Part shown: one piece after another, positions 1 through 14,121 of the stretch
How positions within the stretch are numbered: position 1 is the stretch's first letter
How the letters are laid out: each line of letters starts with the position of its first letter
Source: Cystobasidiomycetes sp. EMM_F5
Lineage: Eukaryota
Direction of reading: 5' to 3'
Length of the DNA: 38,494 nucleotides
Assembly (NCBI GenBank): GCA_051047955.1
Contig: JBPGPT010000012.1
Coordinates: 496,001 to 534,494 of the forward strand
Notes under the pieces: model-generated
The model's input: the letters and a program-made list of their open reading frames with translations, nothing else
Databases searched by the model: none
Told to the model about the DNA's origin: nothing
Translations under genes and position numbers: made by a program

Positions 1-2909
1 CTCCATGGCTTACTACTCCCAGTACACCCAAAGTCCCACTTCTCTCATCTAGCAGACCGTCGCAATCAGGAAAACAAGAAGAACGATGAACCGGCGGCTT
101 CTGTCCAAGCTACTACTTCACAAACACCACCTAATCCTGATTCAACTTCACCCACCACAACTCCCAGTATCAAGCCCAAAGATGCTGCAGTCGTAAAGAG
201 CGCAGCAGTCGACACCACACCAGGATCAGCTGCAAAAGCGACCGGAGAACAGCGTATGCAGGATGTACAGATCATCAAGCGTTTGCTCCCAAACATATGG
301 CCAAAGGGCGATGTGCAGACAAAAACGAGGGTCGTCGTAGCCCTGACTTTGCTGGTTGGTGGAAAGGTGAGTTTGGGTGGAAGTTGGAGAAGCTAAAAGG
401 CGGGAACGAATGCTGATTGTGGCTGTCTCTTCTGCGACCGTGCATTCCGTCTGTGTCTGCATTTGTATCTGCATCGTATCTCGGATCCCGTGTCTTTCGT
501 CTGTTCCTAATTTATGTTTTCGTTCTATTTCGTTGCCCTCGTGTTCTGCCTGGTGCTCCATCTCAACTCTATTCTTTCCTTCTGTTCCGCGTACGTCGTA
601 TTCTGTCTCGTTTTTCTATCTCGAATCTATTCTTTCATTCTGTCCCACGTACCTCGTGTTCTGTCTCGTCTTTTATCTCCACATTCCGTCTCCTTTGCGT
701 CCCTGTGTTTTAAATAGCTACTCAACGTCCAAGTCCCCTTCTTCTTCAAGAGCATCGTTGACTCCCTCAATATACCCTTGTCCGAACTATCCACAGATCA
801 AACCGTATGGACACTCGCAGGGAGTGTCATTATAGGCTGTAAGTCACGCTTGCGTGAATTCTATGATTGAAACAGTTAGGTAGCTTAAAACGTCTCCATG
901 ATTCTACTGCAGACGGCCTCGCAAGAGTCTTTTCAAACCTATTCTCCGAACTTCGCAACGCAGTCTTTGCAAATGTCGCACAGGGAGCAATCCGCAGAGT
1001 GGCACGAAACGTATTTACGCATCTCTTGAATCTAGATACGAGTTTCCATCTTGCTCGAAATACTGGTGGTCTTACGAGGGCCATTGATAGGGGGACAAAG
1101 TGGGTTTCTTCATACTCATTCTGAATGAGAGGCTAAACCAACATTTGGTCATCCGATAGAGGTATCTCTTTTCTTCTGACCTCTGTCCTCTTCCACGTCG
1201 TCCCTACGGCACTCGAAATTACAATGGTCTGCGGGATACTCGCAAGTCTAGCTGGTTCCACAAGGATCGTAATCTAGTCGCTGATTCCCCGAAATGACAG
1301 AGCTACAATTTTGGTGTAAACTTTGCCAGCGTGACTGTCATGACTATGATTGCCTACACGTGGTTCACTGTGCGAACCACAACCTGGAGGTAACTCCGGC
1401 ATTGCTCATGGTTACGGCTCGGCCCCTTTACTGACAACCTACTTCCGACAGGATACGATTCCGAAAAGAAGCGAATCAAGCAGATAATCGAGCTGCAACT
1501 GTATCAGTCGATTCGCTAATCAACTATGAAGCTGTCAAAGTCAGTCGCTCGTTACATTTGATCTGTCCTCCTGAATCACTGATCTGTCCATGGCCTGAAT
1601 CTGATCAGAACTTCAACAATGAAAAATTCGAGATTCAACAGTATGACAAAGCTATGAAGGATTATGAAAAGTCGTCCGTCAAGATTGCGACATCCCTGGC
1701 ATTCCTCAACACAGGACAAGGGGCTATCTTCTCGAGTGCGCTTACCTTGATGATGTACCTGGCGGCAAAGGGCGTTATGAGCGGTATGGTATACTCATTC
1801 GGCACCCAGCAGGTGAGGCTGACCTGATGCAAAATCCTGCAGGTACAATGACAGTAGGGGACCTCGTTATGGTGAACCAGCTGGTCTTCCAATTGTCTCT
1901 CCCCCTCAACTTCCTCGGGACCGTATATCGAGAGTTACGGCAATCTCTCATTGACATGGACGCGCTCTTCAGCTTGCAAAACGTACAATTGGCGATTTCG
2001 GACAAGCCGAATGCACCCCCTCTTCAACTAAATAATAGAAGTACCTCTGGCTGCGAAATCAAGTTTGAAAACGTCAGTTTTGGGTATCGACCGGACCGCA
2101 TGATTTTCAAAAATATCTCGTTCACAATACCTGCTGGTAAAAAAGTTGCAATTGTTGGACCGTCCGGATGTGGCAAGTCTACAGTCTTCAGGCTCCTGTT
2201 TCGCTTTTACGACCCGGCATCTGGGAGAGTCACGATTGACGGGCAGGATTTACGCGATGTCCAGCTTGAGTCGGTCAGGCGGGCTATTGGAGTAGTACCT
2301 CAAGATACTCCACTCTTCAACTCCGACATTATGCATAATATCCGATATGGCAGGATTGACGCGTCCGATGAGGAGGTCAAAGAAGCTGCCAAGAGGGCAA
2401 ACATATTTGAGACCGTCGAGTCTCTGCCAGAAAAATGGGCGACCAAAGTCGGCGAGAGGGGCTTGTAAGTGAAGGGCTTATAAGGAATGCCCAGTGCTGA
2501 CAGAATCTCCGTCTACAGAATGATCAGCGGAGGGGAGAAACAACGACTAGCGGTTGCGCGACTTTTACTGAAAGACTCGCCTATACTCTTCTTCGATGAA
2601 GCTACGTCGGCACTGGATACATATACTGAAGCAGACGTCATGCGGAACATCAATAATACTCTCTTGGATAAGCATAGAACGAGCGTATTCGTCGCGCACA
2701 GGCTCAAGACAATTGCCGATGCCGATCTGATTATTGTGCTAAAGGACGGGCAAGTAGCAGAGCAGGGCACGCATTCGGAGCTGCTGGCAGTCGAGCATGG
2801 AGTATACTCTACACTTTGGAAGGCGCAAGGGCAGGATGCGACAATGGAGACTATTCTAGATTCCAGACTGGCTGGCAACGCTGCAACGGTGAAGGAGGTT
2901 CAGCAATAG
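1..2909 (+). CDS. ATM1: Mitochondrial ABC half-transporter Atm1/ABCB7 (Fe-S cluster precursor export); 5'-partial, multi-exon
   Basis: Spliced TMD motifs ([39 protein letters not shown]), Walker [10 protein letters not shown], signature ISGGEKQR, Walker [14 protein letters not shown]-loop AHRL. Frame 1 is open from base 1; stop TAG ends at 2909. Confidence 0.96.
537..682 (+). repeat. Degenerate ~58-bp pyrimidine-rich tandem repeat (~2.5 copies) inside ATM1 intron 367-717
   Basis: Unit tctattctttc.ttctgt.cc.cgtac.tcgt.ttctgtctcgt.ttt..atctc starts at 568 and again at 626; a partial copy lies at 537-567. Confidence 0.75.
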
Positions 2910-3064
2910 GGATTTCCCATAGTCTGTTAAATAGCGCCAGTCTTAAAGCAGTCGTTCAAAGGTGATTTCCGTGTTCGATTTGAGTTGCATTGTGTGCCCA
3001 CTCAGACGGGCAAAACGCCGTTTCAGTAGCTGTTGCCCATGAATATCACGCTCTCCAAACCTCC

Positions 3065-5296
3065 ATGACCACTCTCAATCATGTCGCGATGTCAGAGCAA
3101 AGGTTCGGCAAAGCTGAGCGCGACCTGCTGCTTGGGTCGCTGTTCTTGAAGGTCCTGCTGTTTCCAGCATAGTGGGCGCCAATACGATTTGCGAGGCTTA
3201 GGATAGCGTATGCTGATGCGGAGGTTGTAAACAGCCGCAGTACCGACTTTGAGGTGCATAGAAATTGGTTGGCCATCACAAAGAGCTTGCCGCTGCGCGA
3301 ATGGTACTTTGAGGTGAGTTCAAGCCAGAAGTAATAGTAAACACGGCAGCTTTTGACGCAATTCATGGCATAGGCGACTTCAGAATGGACCTTAGACTAC
3401 GTTAGTGTCCATACGGAGGCATCTACACGCTTAAGTTGACGAGATCCGTCAATTACAGCCGCCCTTCTTCGCGTACTTTGAACATGCCCTATCCACCGTG
3501 GCGCATCTCATTGATCCCCAAATCACGCGCCTGAGCGCAACTCCCATCGCTACATGGTCAGTCATTGCCTTCCAAAGGTCTTCGGTCATCGTGTCCGAGT
3601 CAGTGCTCGCTTGCGCTCTTTATACGTAAGTTGCTGATCCCAGGAGACTACGACGAAGGGTGCAGCGCTGACCCCGCCTATAGCTATACCCGACCCTCTC
3701 AACCAGCTACTCGCATAGTTGCCGCTTCCCTCTTTCTACACCCTGGCTTGCTGATGGTTGATTCCATTCATTTCCAATACAATGCAATGCTCCTCGGACT
3801 CCTGCTGTTGAGTCTCATTGCAGTTCGCAAAGTAGGTGAAGGAGCAATACAACATTAAGCGATGCTGACAACATCTATACCACATTGCGCAGTCAAATTT
3901 ACCGATGTGTGCTCTGTATTTCGCCGTACTCCTCAATTTCAAGCATATTTTCATGTACTTGGCTCCACCTTTCATCGTCTATCTGTTCCGCGCGCACTGC
4001 TTCACAGCTTCAAGTAAGGAGGCTATCCCATGCAATAATTTCGATATGTTGGGCTCAACATGGTGCAGCAGGCTCATTTCAGGCGCATAGATTGGTCCAG
4101 CTAGGATTCATCGTTGGCAGCGTGTGCTTGATATCTTTCGGGCCTTTCCTAGCTGTAGGGGGTATCAAACAGCTGCAACAGATACTTTCGAGGCTCTTCC
4201 CCTTCCAACGAGGCTTGAATCACGCATATTGGGCTGGTATGCAATCCTACTTTCATTCGATATGTCTCAATGGCTGACAACGACAAATTAGGCAACGTCT
4301 GGGCAATCTATACTGCCGTCGACCGCATCTTGGTTAAATGTAGGTCCCGCATGCAACGTATGCCCAGCATATGCCTAATATCGCTATTCTAGATCTGCTG
4401 TACCGTGGCCTCCCTGTCGCAGCGGAAGCTGTACACTCGACGTCACGCGGCCTTATTGGTGATATCACCTTCGGTGTCCTGCCAGAGGTCAAGCCAGTCC
4501 ATTGCTTTGCGGTTACTATTGCAATCAATGCAGTAAGGGAAGCAGGCTAGACTGTCCGATGTTTTTTCTAATAAGACCACACGCAGCTTTTCATGTTGAA
4601 GCTCTGGTTCAAGCCCACGCATCGCAATTTCCTTCATGCGGTCACTCTTTCTGCGTTCACTTCGTTCCTATTCGGCTTTCACGTCCACGAAAAGGCGATC
4701 CTGCTGATCTTGTTTCCGTTAAGGTAAGTCCATTCACTTGATGGTGTTAAACTTCTCTCCTGACATATCTCTCAGCTTACTGGCAACAGAGCGTTACGAG
4801 TATTACCGTGTCTGGCTCGTCACGTCGGCAGCAGGGATTGCCGCACTCTTCCCCTTGCTCATCAAGCCTGAAGGTACAAGACTTTGCGCTCTCGCAAACA
4901 ACGCATACTGACGGCTCGTGCAATACAGAATCGCCTCTAAAGCTTATATACACCGCGATTTGGTTTGCTATTACAGTTCCGCTGCTCTCGAAGAACGTGA
5001 TGCGGCCTGTGCCCACTTCACTGACGCTGCTCGTTGAGTATGCTGAGCGTCTATATCTGGTAGCGCTTCCCTTGGTCCTGTTCTTGACAATGGCGGTACT
5101 ACCGTGGTACTTCAGAGTGCCGAACTACATCGACGCAGCCATTTTGGCAAGTGAGAAGGAAACAGAGATGGACAGACCAAGCATGGAATTTCTGCCTCTG
5201 ATGCTGACAAGCGTCTACTGTGCGATCGGCATTCTATGGGCATGGATCCAGCTGAGCTATCTCTACGTTGCCAATACGGGCAAGCACAAGTTGTAA
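3065..5296 (+). CDS. ALG8: Dolichyl-P-Glc:Glc1Man9GlcNAc2-PP-dolichol alpha-1,3-glucosyltransferase (ALG6/ALG8 family), many short exons
   Basis: Spliced [101 protein letters not shown]. Start is ATG 3065 or 3089. Confidence 0.93.
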
Positions 5297-5596
5297 TCGT
5301 ACAGCACGCAAAGCGAATGTATGAAGATCAAACTGGAGGTCCATGTAGTCTATCGAACAGAACACATCGAATCTGCATTGACGCAAGCTTCGCTGAGTCA
5401 GCGGTCGCTGAAAGTCAAGGATCGTTGTTTTGACGAAGGCCTGTCCCGCATTCACGTTGATGCAAAAAAGCCATAAGCTACAGTAGTAGGCTGCGCATAA
5501 GCACAGACAAAAAATGATCGAGTTGATCAAATAGTGTTGACGATGATATCTGTAAGCATAATGTCTGGCCTAGTCATACGGCTGCTATGGGTGTTC

Positions 5597-7731
5597 CTAT
5601 GCATCGATTTGTGAGCCAGAGCCGCCATCACTTGGCTCTGTCATTGGTGACTGTATAACATTCGGGTGCTTGTGTTGACCATTGATGTGGCCTTGCTTGT
5701 GTAGTGCTGATACTTTCGGCGACGGGACGATGATAGAAGTTACCTCAGCATCCTCTTCTTCCTCGTTCGTGACCGATCGCTCCCGGCTAGACTCGTCCGT
5801 ATCGCTCATGGGTGGACTTAGCGAAGAGTCACTGTCATGTTCGCCATGTGCAGCTATTCCGTCAAGGTCAGTGTCCGAATCAAAGTCTAGCTCCTCTACG
5901 TCCGTAAGGTCCGAATCGTCGCCTGCCGATGGCTTGCTGGCTCTCGCATTCCGATGCCGCGTCTGTCTCTGGGTGCTTCTGGACTGCCGCTTTTGCACCG
6001 CTTTGCTGTTCCGTACCGCAGTATCTGCTGACTTTCCTGACGCAGACGTTGAAGCATGTTTATGGGCCTGGCGCAATGCGCTCTTGGTCTTCGGTGTAGT
6101 CTTTGCTGTGGCTTTCGATGACGACGCGACCTGGCTGCGAGTGCGAGGTGCTTCTGTCTCTTCCTCCTGCTCGAGTTTACGCCTCTTTGCCTCTTTCTCT
6201 CTTTCCATCAAGATCTGGCCTGACCTGGTCTTTCGGTCTCTTTTGGCTTGTCGCCGCTGCTCCTCCTGTTCTACCGTCAACAAATGGTAAAAATCGCCTC
6301 GAAAATCCCTGTGCGCCCATCAGCCGATGTTAAACTCAGCTAACGTGATGTGATCTATACGTACTTCCGGCACGAATAGCATCGGCATTCCCGGTTTTTC
6401 CTGCCAAAGTATTCTGAACCATAGTACGAGAAGATTTCCTGCGTCAAAAATTAGCTTGACAGGTATCGGGCCATTGACGCGATCCACTGACTTCGCCTGC
6501 CGATATCGGACGGACTACCTTGAAACACAGACCTTTGCCAGTGCGAATAAGTTCGACGTTAGATTTACAGTCGTGCTAGAAAACCTTGTATCAGTAGTAA
6601 CGACGAAGAATTGTCTGTGTCGACCCACATTGACAAAGCGGGAAGGTCCCATGAGGATCTGGAAGCAGTTTTTAGTTGGGTTGTAAAGAACGCTGAACTA
6701 GAACGTTGCTATGTGATCAGCTTCTACGCAGTAGATGATGCGGTAAGCGCTCACGTCAGCTTTTAGCTGGGAAGTGTCCATTCGCATTTCATCGTCTTGA
6801 GCATCTGTCAGATCTCCCGCACTGCCAAACAACCGAATAATCTCGTGTACTTGATAATCTCGAGTAGCTTTGAAACCTAGGTCCAATGGCTTCCTTGGAG
6901 GAGCCTGCCAGTCTGATTTTTCCACTGTGCTGGTATCGGGCTTATCATTCTCTTCTGGCTGTGGCGTATTATCCCCAGAGTCTATTTGCAGCATGTCCTG
7001 ACTAGTGACTTCGCCGCCGAGATCAGCTGCCTCCGGCAAAGCCGTCATTGTAGCTGGAACCATCACCCCTCCCCGTGATAGCGTTGAGGTGCCAATTTCA
7101 TCGTCATCACTGTCCTCTGGTGGAGGTCTACGCTTTTGTGTGCGCTGTTTATAGCGATGCGTTTCAAATATGCGGAATCCAGGGTCTGGAAGGCATAGTT
7201 CCAAATAACGGTTCAAATGGCTAGAAAAGAACAAGATCAGCGGACAATTAGGGATCCGGCAGCGATGCTCACTTTTCCGCATGTAGCATCGATGCCTGCG
7301 TCGTTTTGGCGCGCATCAATTGGCCAATGGGGCCCATCTTTCGCAGCCTGATTGATGCGTCCTTGAGTGAGATGTTGCCCGACTTGAGCTGCATGGATGT
7401 CATGCGTAAGCGAATGTGTCTGTTCAAGTTTCCGGCATGGTGTCGCACTTCTACCACAACGTCCAATATCGGTAAACATTTGTCCATGTGCGGTACTTTG
7501 AAATCCTGTCTTTGCATCTTACGAGACATTTCTGGACCTTGCTTGCTGCGGTACCAATGATTCGGTCCATACTTGTCAAAGTATAGAGGCAGATCAATAA
7601 AGAGATAGCTTTAGGGGGCGGGCATTAATGGACGCGTCAAGAACATCGCGACAATCAAAAGTGGGGGGAACCTACCTGAACAGATCGTCATCTCTCTTGC
7701 ACGCCTCCAACAGCGTGATTCTGCGTCCCAT
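5597..7731 (-). CDS. SET9: Histone H4K20 methyltransferase (Set9/SUV420H family) with low-complexity acidic/basic C-terminal tail
   Basis: HLNRYLELCLPDPGFRIFETHRY, spliced LMGPSRFVN|HDCKSN, EIFSYYGSEYFG and post-SET ECRCYSC. Confidence 0.88.
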
Positions 7732-8087
7732 GGTCGCGTTGTCGAGCCAGACTTATAGATCCTCCCGTGTTTCCAATACTCGAGATGGTCAATCAGACGC
7801 GGTTTTGACGGGTCTGCAAGCGGCGAGACTGCGGAGACGCAGTTATTAGCAATGACTTGAATCCCTAATCATGGTTGTCGCGTATGTGATATTTCGTGCT
7901 TAGAAGGCAACATTCGAAATAGATCGGAGCCCTTGTCTTCGGACCTTTCGGAAACCGATCATCATGCAGGCTGTGTCCTGCTAGCGCACAAGTACAAAGC
8001 CATGTCGTTGAACCAGGGTACAGAAAACTGACGGGCTACAGGTTTCTTTCAATTCACTGCTACAGATTTGGTCACGACCTCGATTAA

Positions 8088-10522
8088 TCACGCTGCAGAG
8101 GGTTGGCCATTCGCAGGTTTGAATAGTTCCGCATCCATCGAGGTAATCACGCCTAAGCCCTTTGTTTTGCCTTCGCGGAACAGGATCCGCGAGCCAGGAC
8201 GGCAATATTCCGGCGATTTGATAAATTCCATTACCACTGCGTACAAGCTTGTCAGCAACGTCCTCCATGCAGTCGCTCTTTGTCTCACCTTGGCATCGAT
8301 CTCCCGTGCGGACAAAGGGTCTGTCGATATCAACGATCTTGACGGTCTGGCGAATAGATCCGATGTGCGCCATAGCTTGATAACCCCGCGCTATGGTCGA
8401 GTTGTGATACAGAATGAGGACGGACGCAGTGAAGCGCTGTACGGCTTTGGGTGTTGCGTCATGACTGAGCAACACCATGCCTTTCCGGACTTGATTCCGT
8501 CGTATCCGCTTCAACGCCAGGGCAACGGATTGACCGGCTTCTGCACCCGCAACGCGGACTCGTTTCCGTTCTATTGATCGAATGGATGTCGGAATGAACG
8601 CACCGAGCGAGTCAGGCTGATGTATTCCATAAGTCAGCATTGCACACAGGTAAAGTCGGAACAAATTACGCACGCCTATTAATACCGGATCTCCCGCTTT
8701 CACTGTCCCAGATAGCAAGACACCAGACACCACGCAGCCAACAAAAGGCACCGAAAACACGTCGGAGATGGACAGCTCAAGCGGAGCCGACGCGTCGAAT
8801 TTCCCTTGCGGGGCTGGATTTAGTGCATTCAAGAAGCATTCTTGTAGTGGACGCAAGTCAGCACCCGATCGCACATCGCTACGTTGCGACATACTCAGAG
8901 GCTCAAGCCCTTCGCCATTGACATTAGAGACAAGGAATATTGGAGCGGCCCTGCAAACCGCTTGTCAGAGCAATACGCAGAAAGAAGGCAATAAAGAACT
9001 GACTTCTGCGACACAAAGCCTTTTGCCAATGAGCATGCCATTCCGCGATTCTTGACGAAAACGGGAGACTTTCTGCAGCCAGGTGACCTGAGGATTTTGG
9101 CCAATTGTTTTAAGGTGGAATCCAGTACGTTGGCTGGCGTGCTGTCGATTTTCGTCACAACGCAGACTATCGGTACGTTCAGAGCCAGAGAAACTGATAG
9201 ATGCTCTTTGCTCATTCCTACGATCCCGGCATTCGCTCCAACAATCAGTAAAACAAAGTCGGGAGAACACGATGATAATGCTCCAATAGTAGTCTTGAAG
9301 TACTTCTCGTGGCCTGCCAAGTCGATGAATCCGACTACCTTGGCAGCTTCCTTGCATATCTCGTCCCACGACAAATCTCTCCGCCGAGCTGCAGCATTGA
9401 CTGTCGACGGAACGGACGTGCTGACAGTCGTCGCTTTGCCGTCTTTGATAGCTGGAGTAGGACCGCTTGTTCCGGGAACGACATCCGACATCACTTCGCG
9501 TCCGCTCGGATCGAAGCCCAATATCTCCATTCCGACTGATGATGTTCTCCCGGTCTCAATCTCGTGCTTGTGCCGGAAGAGGGCAACTCGGGCGCGACCA
9601 CGGCCGTCGTCCAGTCTGCCTTTGGTCATAACGCCAAGCAGCGTTGACTTTCCTGCGTCGACGTTGCCCACGACTGCGACACGGAGTTCGAGCAACTCCT
9701 CTGCAGTGTGCGGCTTGGCTCGAACGAGTATGTGTAACGACTCTTTGGCATCCCACTTGCGGAGAGTATCGTCATCGTTCGCTGAAGTCGCAGGAGCGTA
9801 TTTCGCCATTGATTCCTCCTCGGCAATGTTATGCGTATCGAACGGGTTCCACAAGATGGAGGCGTACAGCGATACCTCGGAGCAGGCTGCCTTTATGCTC
9901 TGAAACGCCTGGTCGACATCGGCTTGAGCAAGTAGAGGCAGAGACGTGTGGGCCGTAGGAGAAGCCGCATCACGCGTATCGAGTAGAGATGCCAGAGAGC
10001 GCTCGTTTAGATTATGGGACGACAAACATAGTAGCAGTTCGCCACGAGCATGCTCTATCTGGCCGTGCAGTAAAGAGGCCAGGGATGAAGTTGATGATTC
10101 ATTTGGGTGTAATAAGCGCTCCTGGTATGTATAAACCAGATTTCGTAATGGAAATTGTGGGAAAACGTGGGCCGGATGGGTCAACATAATTGTGGCAACG
10201 TCAGCGACAAGAGCATCGATAGGCTTGTCTGCAGGCGTCGTCTCACGAGAATAGTTCTGCCATCGTCACTGTCTTCTATCGGCGGACCCTGCTTGGGCAA
10301 TGCGTGCTCATTCTCCTTTGTTGCCAACGAGGGCACCGGTATCGCGGGCTTGACTTGGTGCCGCTGGACCTTCTTTATCGGCGACTGCGGGGCTTGCTGC
10401 TGCTGCTGGGCGGCTTTCGACTGCTTCGAGTACTGCTCAATCTCAGTCTGGAAGCTGGCAAACGATGCCATGGTTGCGCTTTCGTTGCGGAGAGGAAATG
10501 CGGGTATTGAGCTGGCTGTCAT
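8088..10522 (-). CDS. GTPBP1: GTP-binding protein 1 (GTPBP1/2 family translational GTPase)
   Basis: G1 [31 protein letters not shown]3 [11 protein letters not shown]4 VTKID, C-terminal [10 protein letters not shown]. Start (ATG 10522 or 10471) is uncertain. Confidence 0.9.
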
Positions 10523-10704
10523 TGTACGCGGTGGATCCGCCACTGTGGACTGACTCGAAGACCCGCGAGCGACGGTACAGCGCACTTAGCAGAGACACGA
10601 CATTTGTACACGCAAGGGCTATTCGCAACAACGACAAGAACATAAGGAATGGACAATTAAGGTTTAGACCTGCTTGAATATCAAGAGAATCAACAGGCAT
10701 GCTG

Positions 10705-11829
<1,125 letters not shown>

Positions 11830-12092
11830 GGTCTGGCTGTACAGCTTGCATGCATTGGGCAAGTTGACGCACCGCTCACCTGAACGGCTCGAGTGCAGCA
11901 GCCTTTGCCGGATGTCGATCAGAATCACTTCCAGCTCTCACAAAGCTCCATGTCCATCTCATGTGGACAGCTGACGTATCGCTGACATTCCGCCTTTTCA
12001 ATGCTTATCTTGGTCACGCTTCCTTAAAGTTCTTTTCAGACACGTCTTTACATCACAAAACGCAGTAATCTCCCCACGAGGCCGTGGCTACC

Positions 12093-12583
12093 TCACTTCC
12101 GTTTCATCTGCTTCACGGGCCGGTGATTGGCAGGACTTCTCTGTCCAGTCGAACTTGCTGAAGAATTGCGTCGCTGTCTTTTTCTGTGCTGCGGATCAGT
12201 GAGATACCGGGCGCGGTTGGGCCTCTACTTACTTAGATGCATTAATGTCCTGAGTCCATTCCATGGCATCTGGGATTGGCGAGCTGCCATCAAAAATATG
12301 TCAGTGACATGATCACCGCGGAACACGAGCGCAGTCCTAACGATTGTGCCAGTCTCCAGGGGAGACCTGGTTCTCGGATGCACTGTATCCGGACGCCAGC
12401 GCGAGGCCATGCGTTGCTGTATTGGGCCAGATAATCCAAAACCCTCGCATCTAGCTGGCTTTCGTCAAGATCAGGAGGCTGCCATAAACCAATAGCGCTA
12501 GTCTGCTGAAAGATGCAATGGCCCTTCCAAGTGCGGCCTCGGATGCCATAGATGGTGAATGTCTTGTGCTCGGCGACGTTCAT
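12093..12583 (-). CDS. Hypothetical protein, tandem-family copy A (127 aa; exons 12583-12342, 12283-12233, 12183-12093)
   Basis: Core LDARVLDYLAQYSNAWPRAGVRI, exon 2 SPIPDAMEW, basic tail KKRQRR...KQMKRK. Two phase-2 GT-AG introns fall at the same positions as in copies B-D. Confidence 0.65.
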
Positions 12584-13273
12584 TGTTTATCCGGGGCAAG
12601 ACTGGCTTCTGCAAAAGATGGTCGCTGAAGACAATCCGGCATATCTAGGATACCCACATTCACTGATCTACGCTGTCGAAGCTGTGCATGCGCAGTACGT
12701 TTACACTGTCTCAGCCGCTAAAGCGTACTACAACACTGCGCAAAGGCATAGCCATTACTGCTAGCAGTGTGCAACACACCAGCAGTGATGGCAAGATGCA
12801 CAGCGATGCAAGTACCCCACATGCATCACGGACAGTCAGAGTCTGTTCGGGTATCTTTTGAGCAACAGCACGGGCATGTCAACCTCCGTCTGATGGCCTG
12901 ATTGCGAGCGCTTGACCTACCTTCAATTGCTGTGTTAGAGCGCGTGCCTCGGGACGCAATGGCTCCTCTTGGTAGCTCGTCATTTTAGGCCCTTTCCGCT
13001 TTGTGCAAATGAAACAATGGCGAACTTCGGATTATGTGCAACTTAACTGACGCAGGGCATGGGGCTTCTCTGCTGTGCGAGAACTCCCGTCGGCAAGTTA
13101 TTAGACAAGCCTGTTTGTAATGCACGTATATTTAATTGAAAGCGATATTCCGATACGAACAACCTAAAAGCAAAAGCTTCCCATATAACTGTTCGGCAGC
13201 ATACAGCCTCGGGGACGCGCGTCCATGGCTGCTACAATTAAAATCGCAGCGTGTCCAGGTAAGATAGCGGTCA

Positions 13274-13831
13274 TCATCGAGAAGCTCGCCCACGTTTATT
13301 GGAAAGCCATCCAGATTTCGGTGCTTCCGGCCTGCGAACGACATTTCCGCGCAGATGAATCGATTTTGGCGAGAGGAGATTCAGCACGGAGGTCACGCTG
13401 AGCATGCAGTGGAACATTCGCTAACATGATTGGCTCAGAGCGAGTCTGTCGATATACGACCGAGGGCATCCACTGCATACGATTCTCATCAGGTATATGG
13501 AGAGGAGGTCTGCATCGTACTACGCGTATTAGTCCCGCCGATGGTATAATGCTGAATAGTATTACCTCTCGGACGTGCTCGCGAAACCCCAAATACCATT
13601 GTCCTTCTTCACAAGCCGCAATGTGACGCCCTCATTTGGCCATCGTTCGCCGTACTGGAGGAGATGTACGCGCACAGGCAGTTCGAGCTGGTGCGCGGAA
13701 ACGGTGTGCGTCCAAGTTGGAGTATGATGGTAGAATACCCTCTCATAATTGATCACAGCTGACTGAAAGAAGGTAACGGTAGCAGGCACAGACAACGGTC
13801 CTGCTGGACGCTTCCCGATAATTGTAGCCAT
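13274..13831 (-). CDS. Hypothetical protein, tandem-family copy B (135 aa; exons 13831-13566, 13509-13426, 13331-13274)
   Basis: Core LELPVRVHLLQYGERWPNEGVTL, exon 2 PPLHIPDENRMQWMPSVVYRQT, tail KRGRASR; two phase-2 introns. Confidence 0.72.
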
Positions 13832-14121
13832 AGCGATGGTCTATGCGTAAGTGTCGGGTACCGGTATGTCAGACTTCCGAATATAGACATGACCGAGACC
13901 CATTTTCACTGAGTTGAGTGTTTGCAGAGCCCGGCGATGTTGACCGCTGAACAGCAGGCCGGGCACCGCCCATACAAGACAGACATTTCTCGACCGCTGC
14001 AGCAAAGTCGTCATCTGGTTTATTTTAGCGGATGCATGACTGACAACGGTCATAATTTCAATTGTGCGTCATGCCTGCCGGATGCCCGCCTCTCGTACAC
14101 ACATTTTACACGACACAGAGG

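Noticed and set aside
377..835. Hydrophobic ORFs 377-835, 417-713 and 514-717
   Set aside because: They lie in the T/C-rich ATM1 intron; low A content suppresses stop codons. No coding signal.
5682..9903. Long antisense ORFs (5682-6290, 8068-8577, 9052-9903 and similar)
   Set aside because: Shadows of SET9 and GTPBP1 coding exons on the opposite strand.
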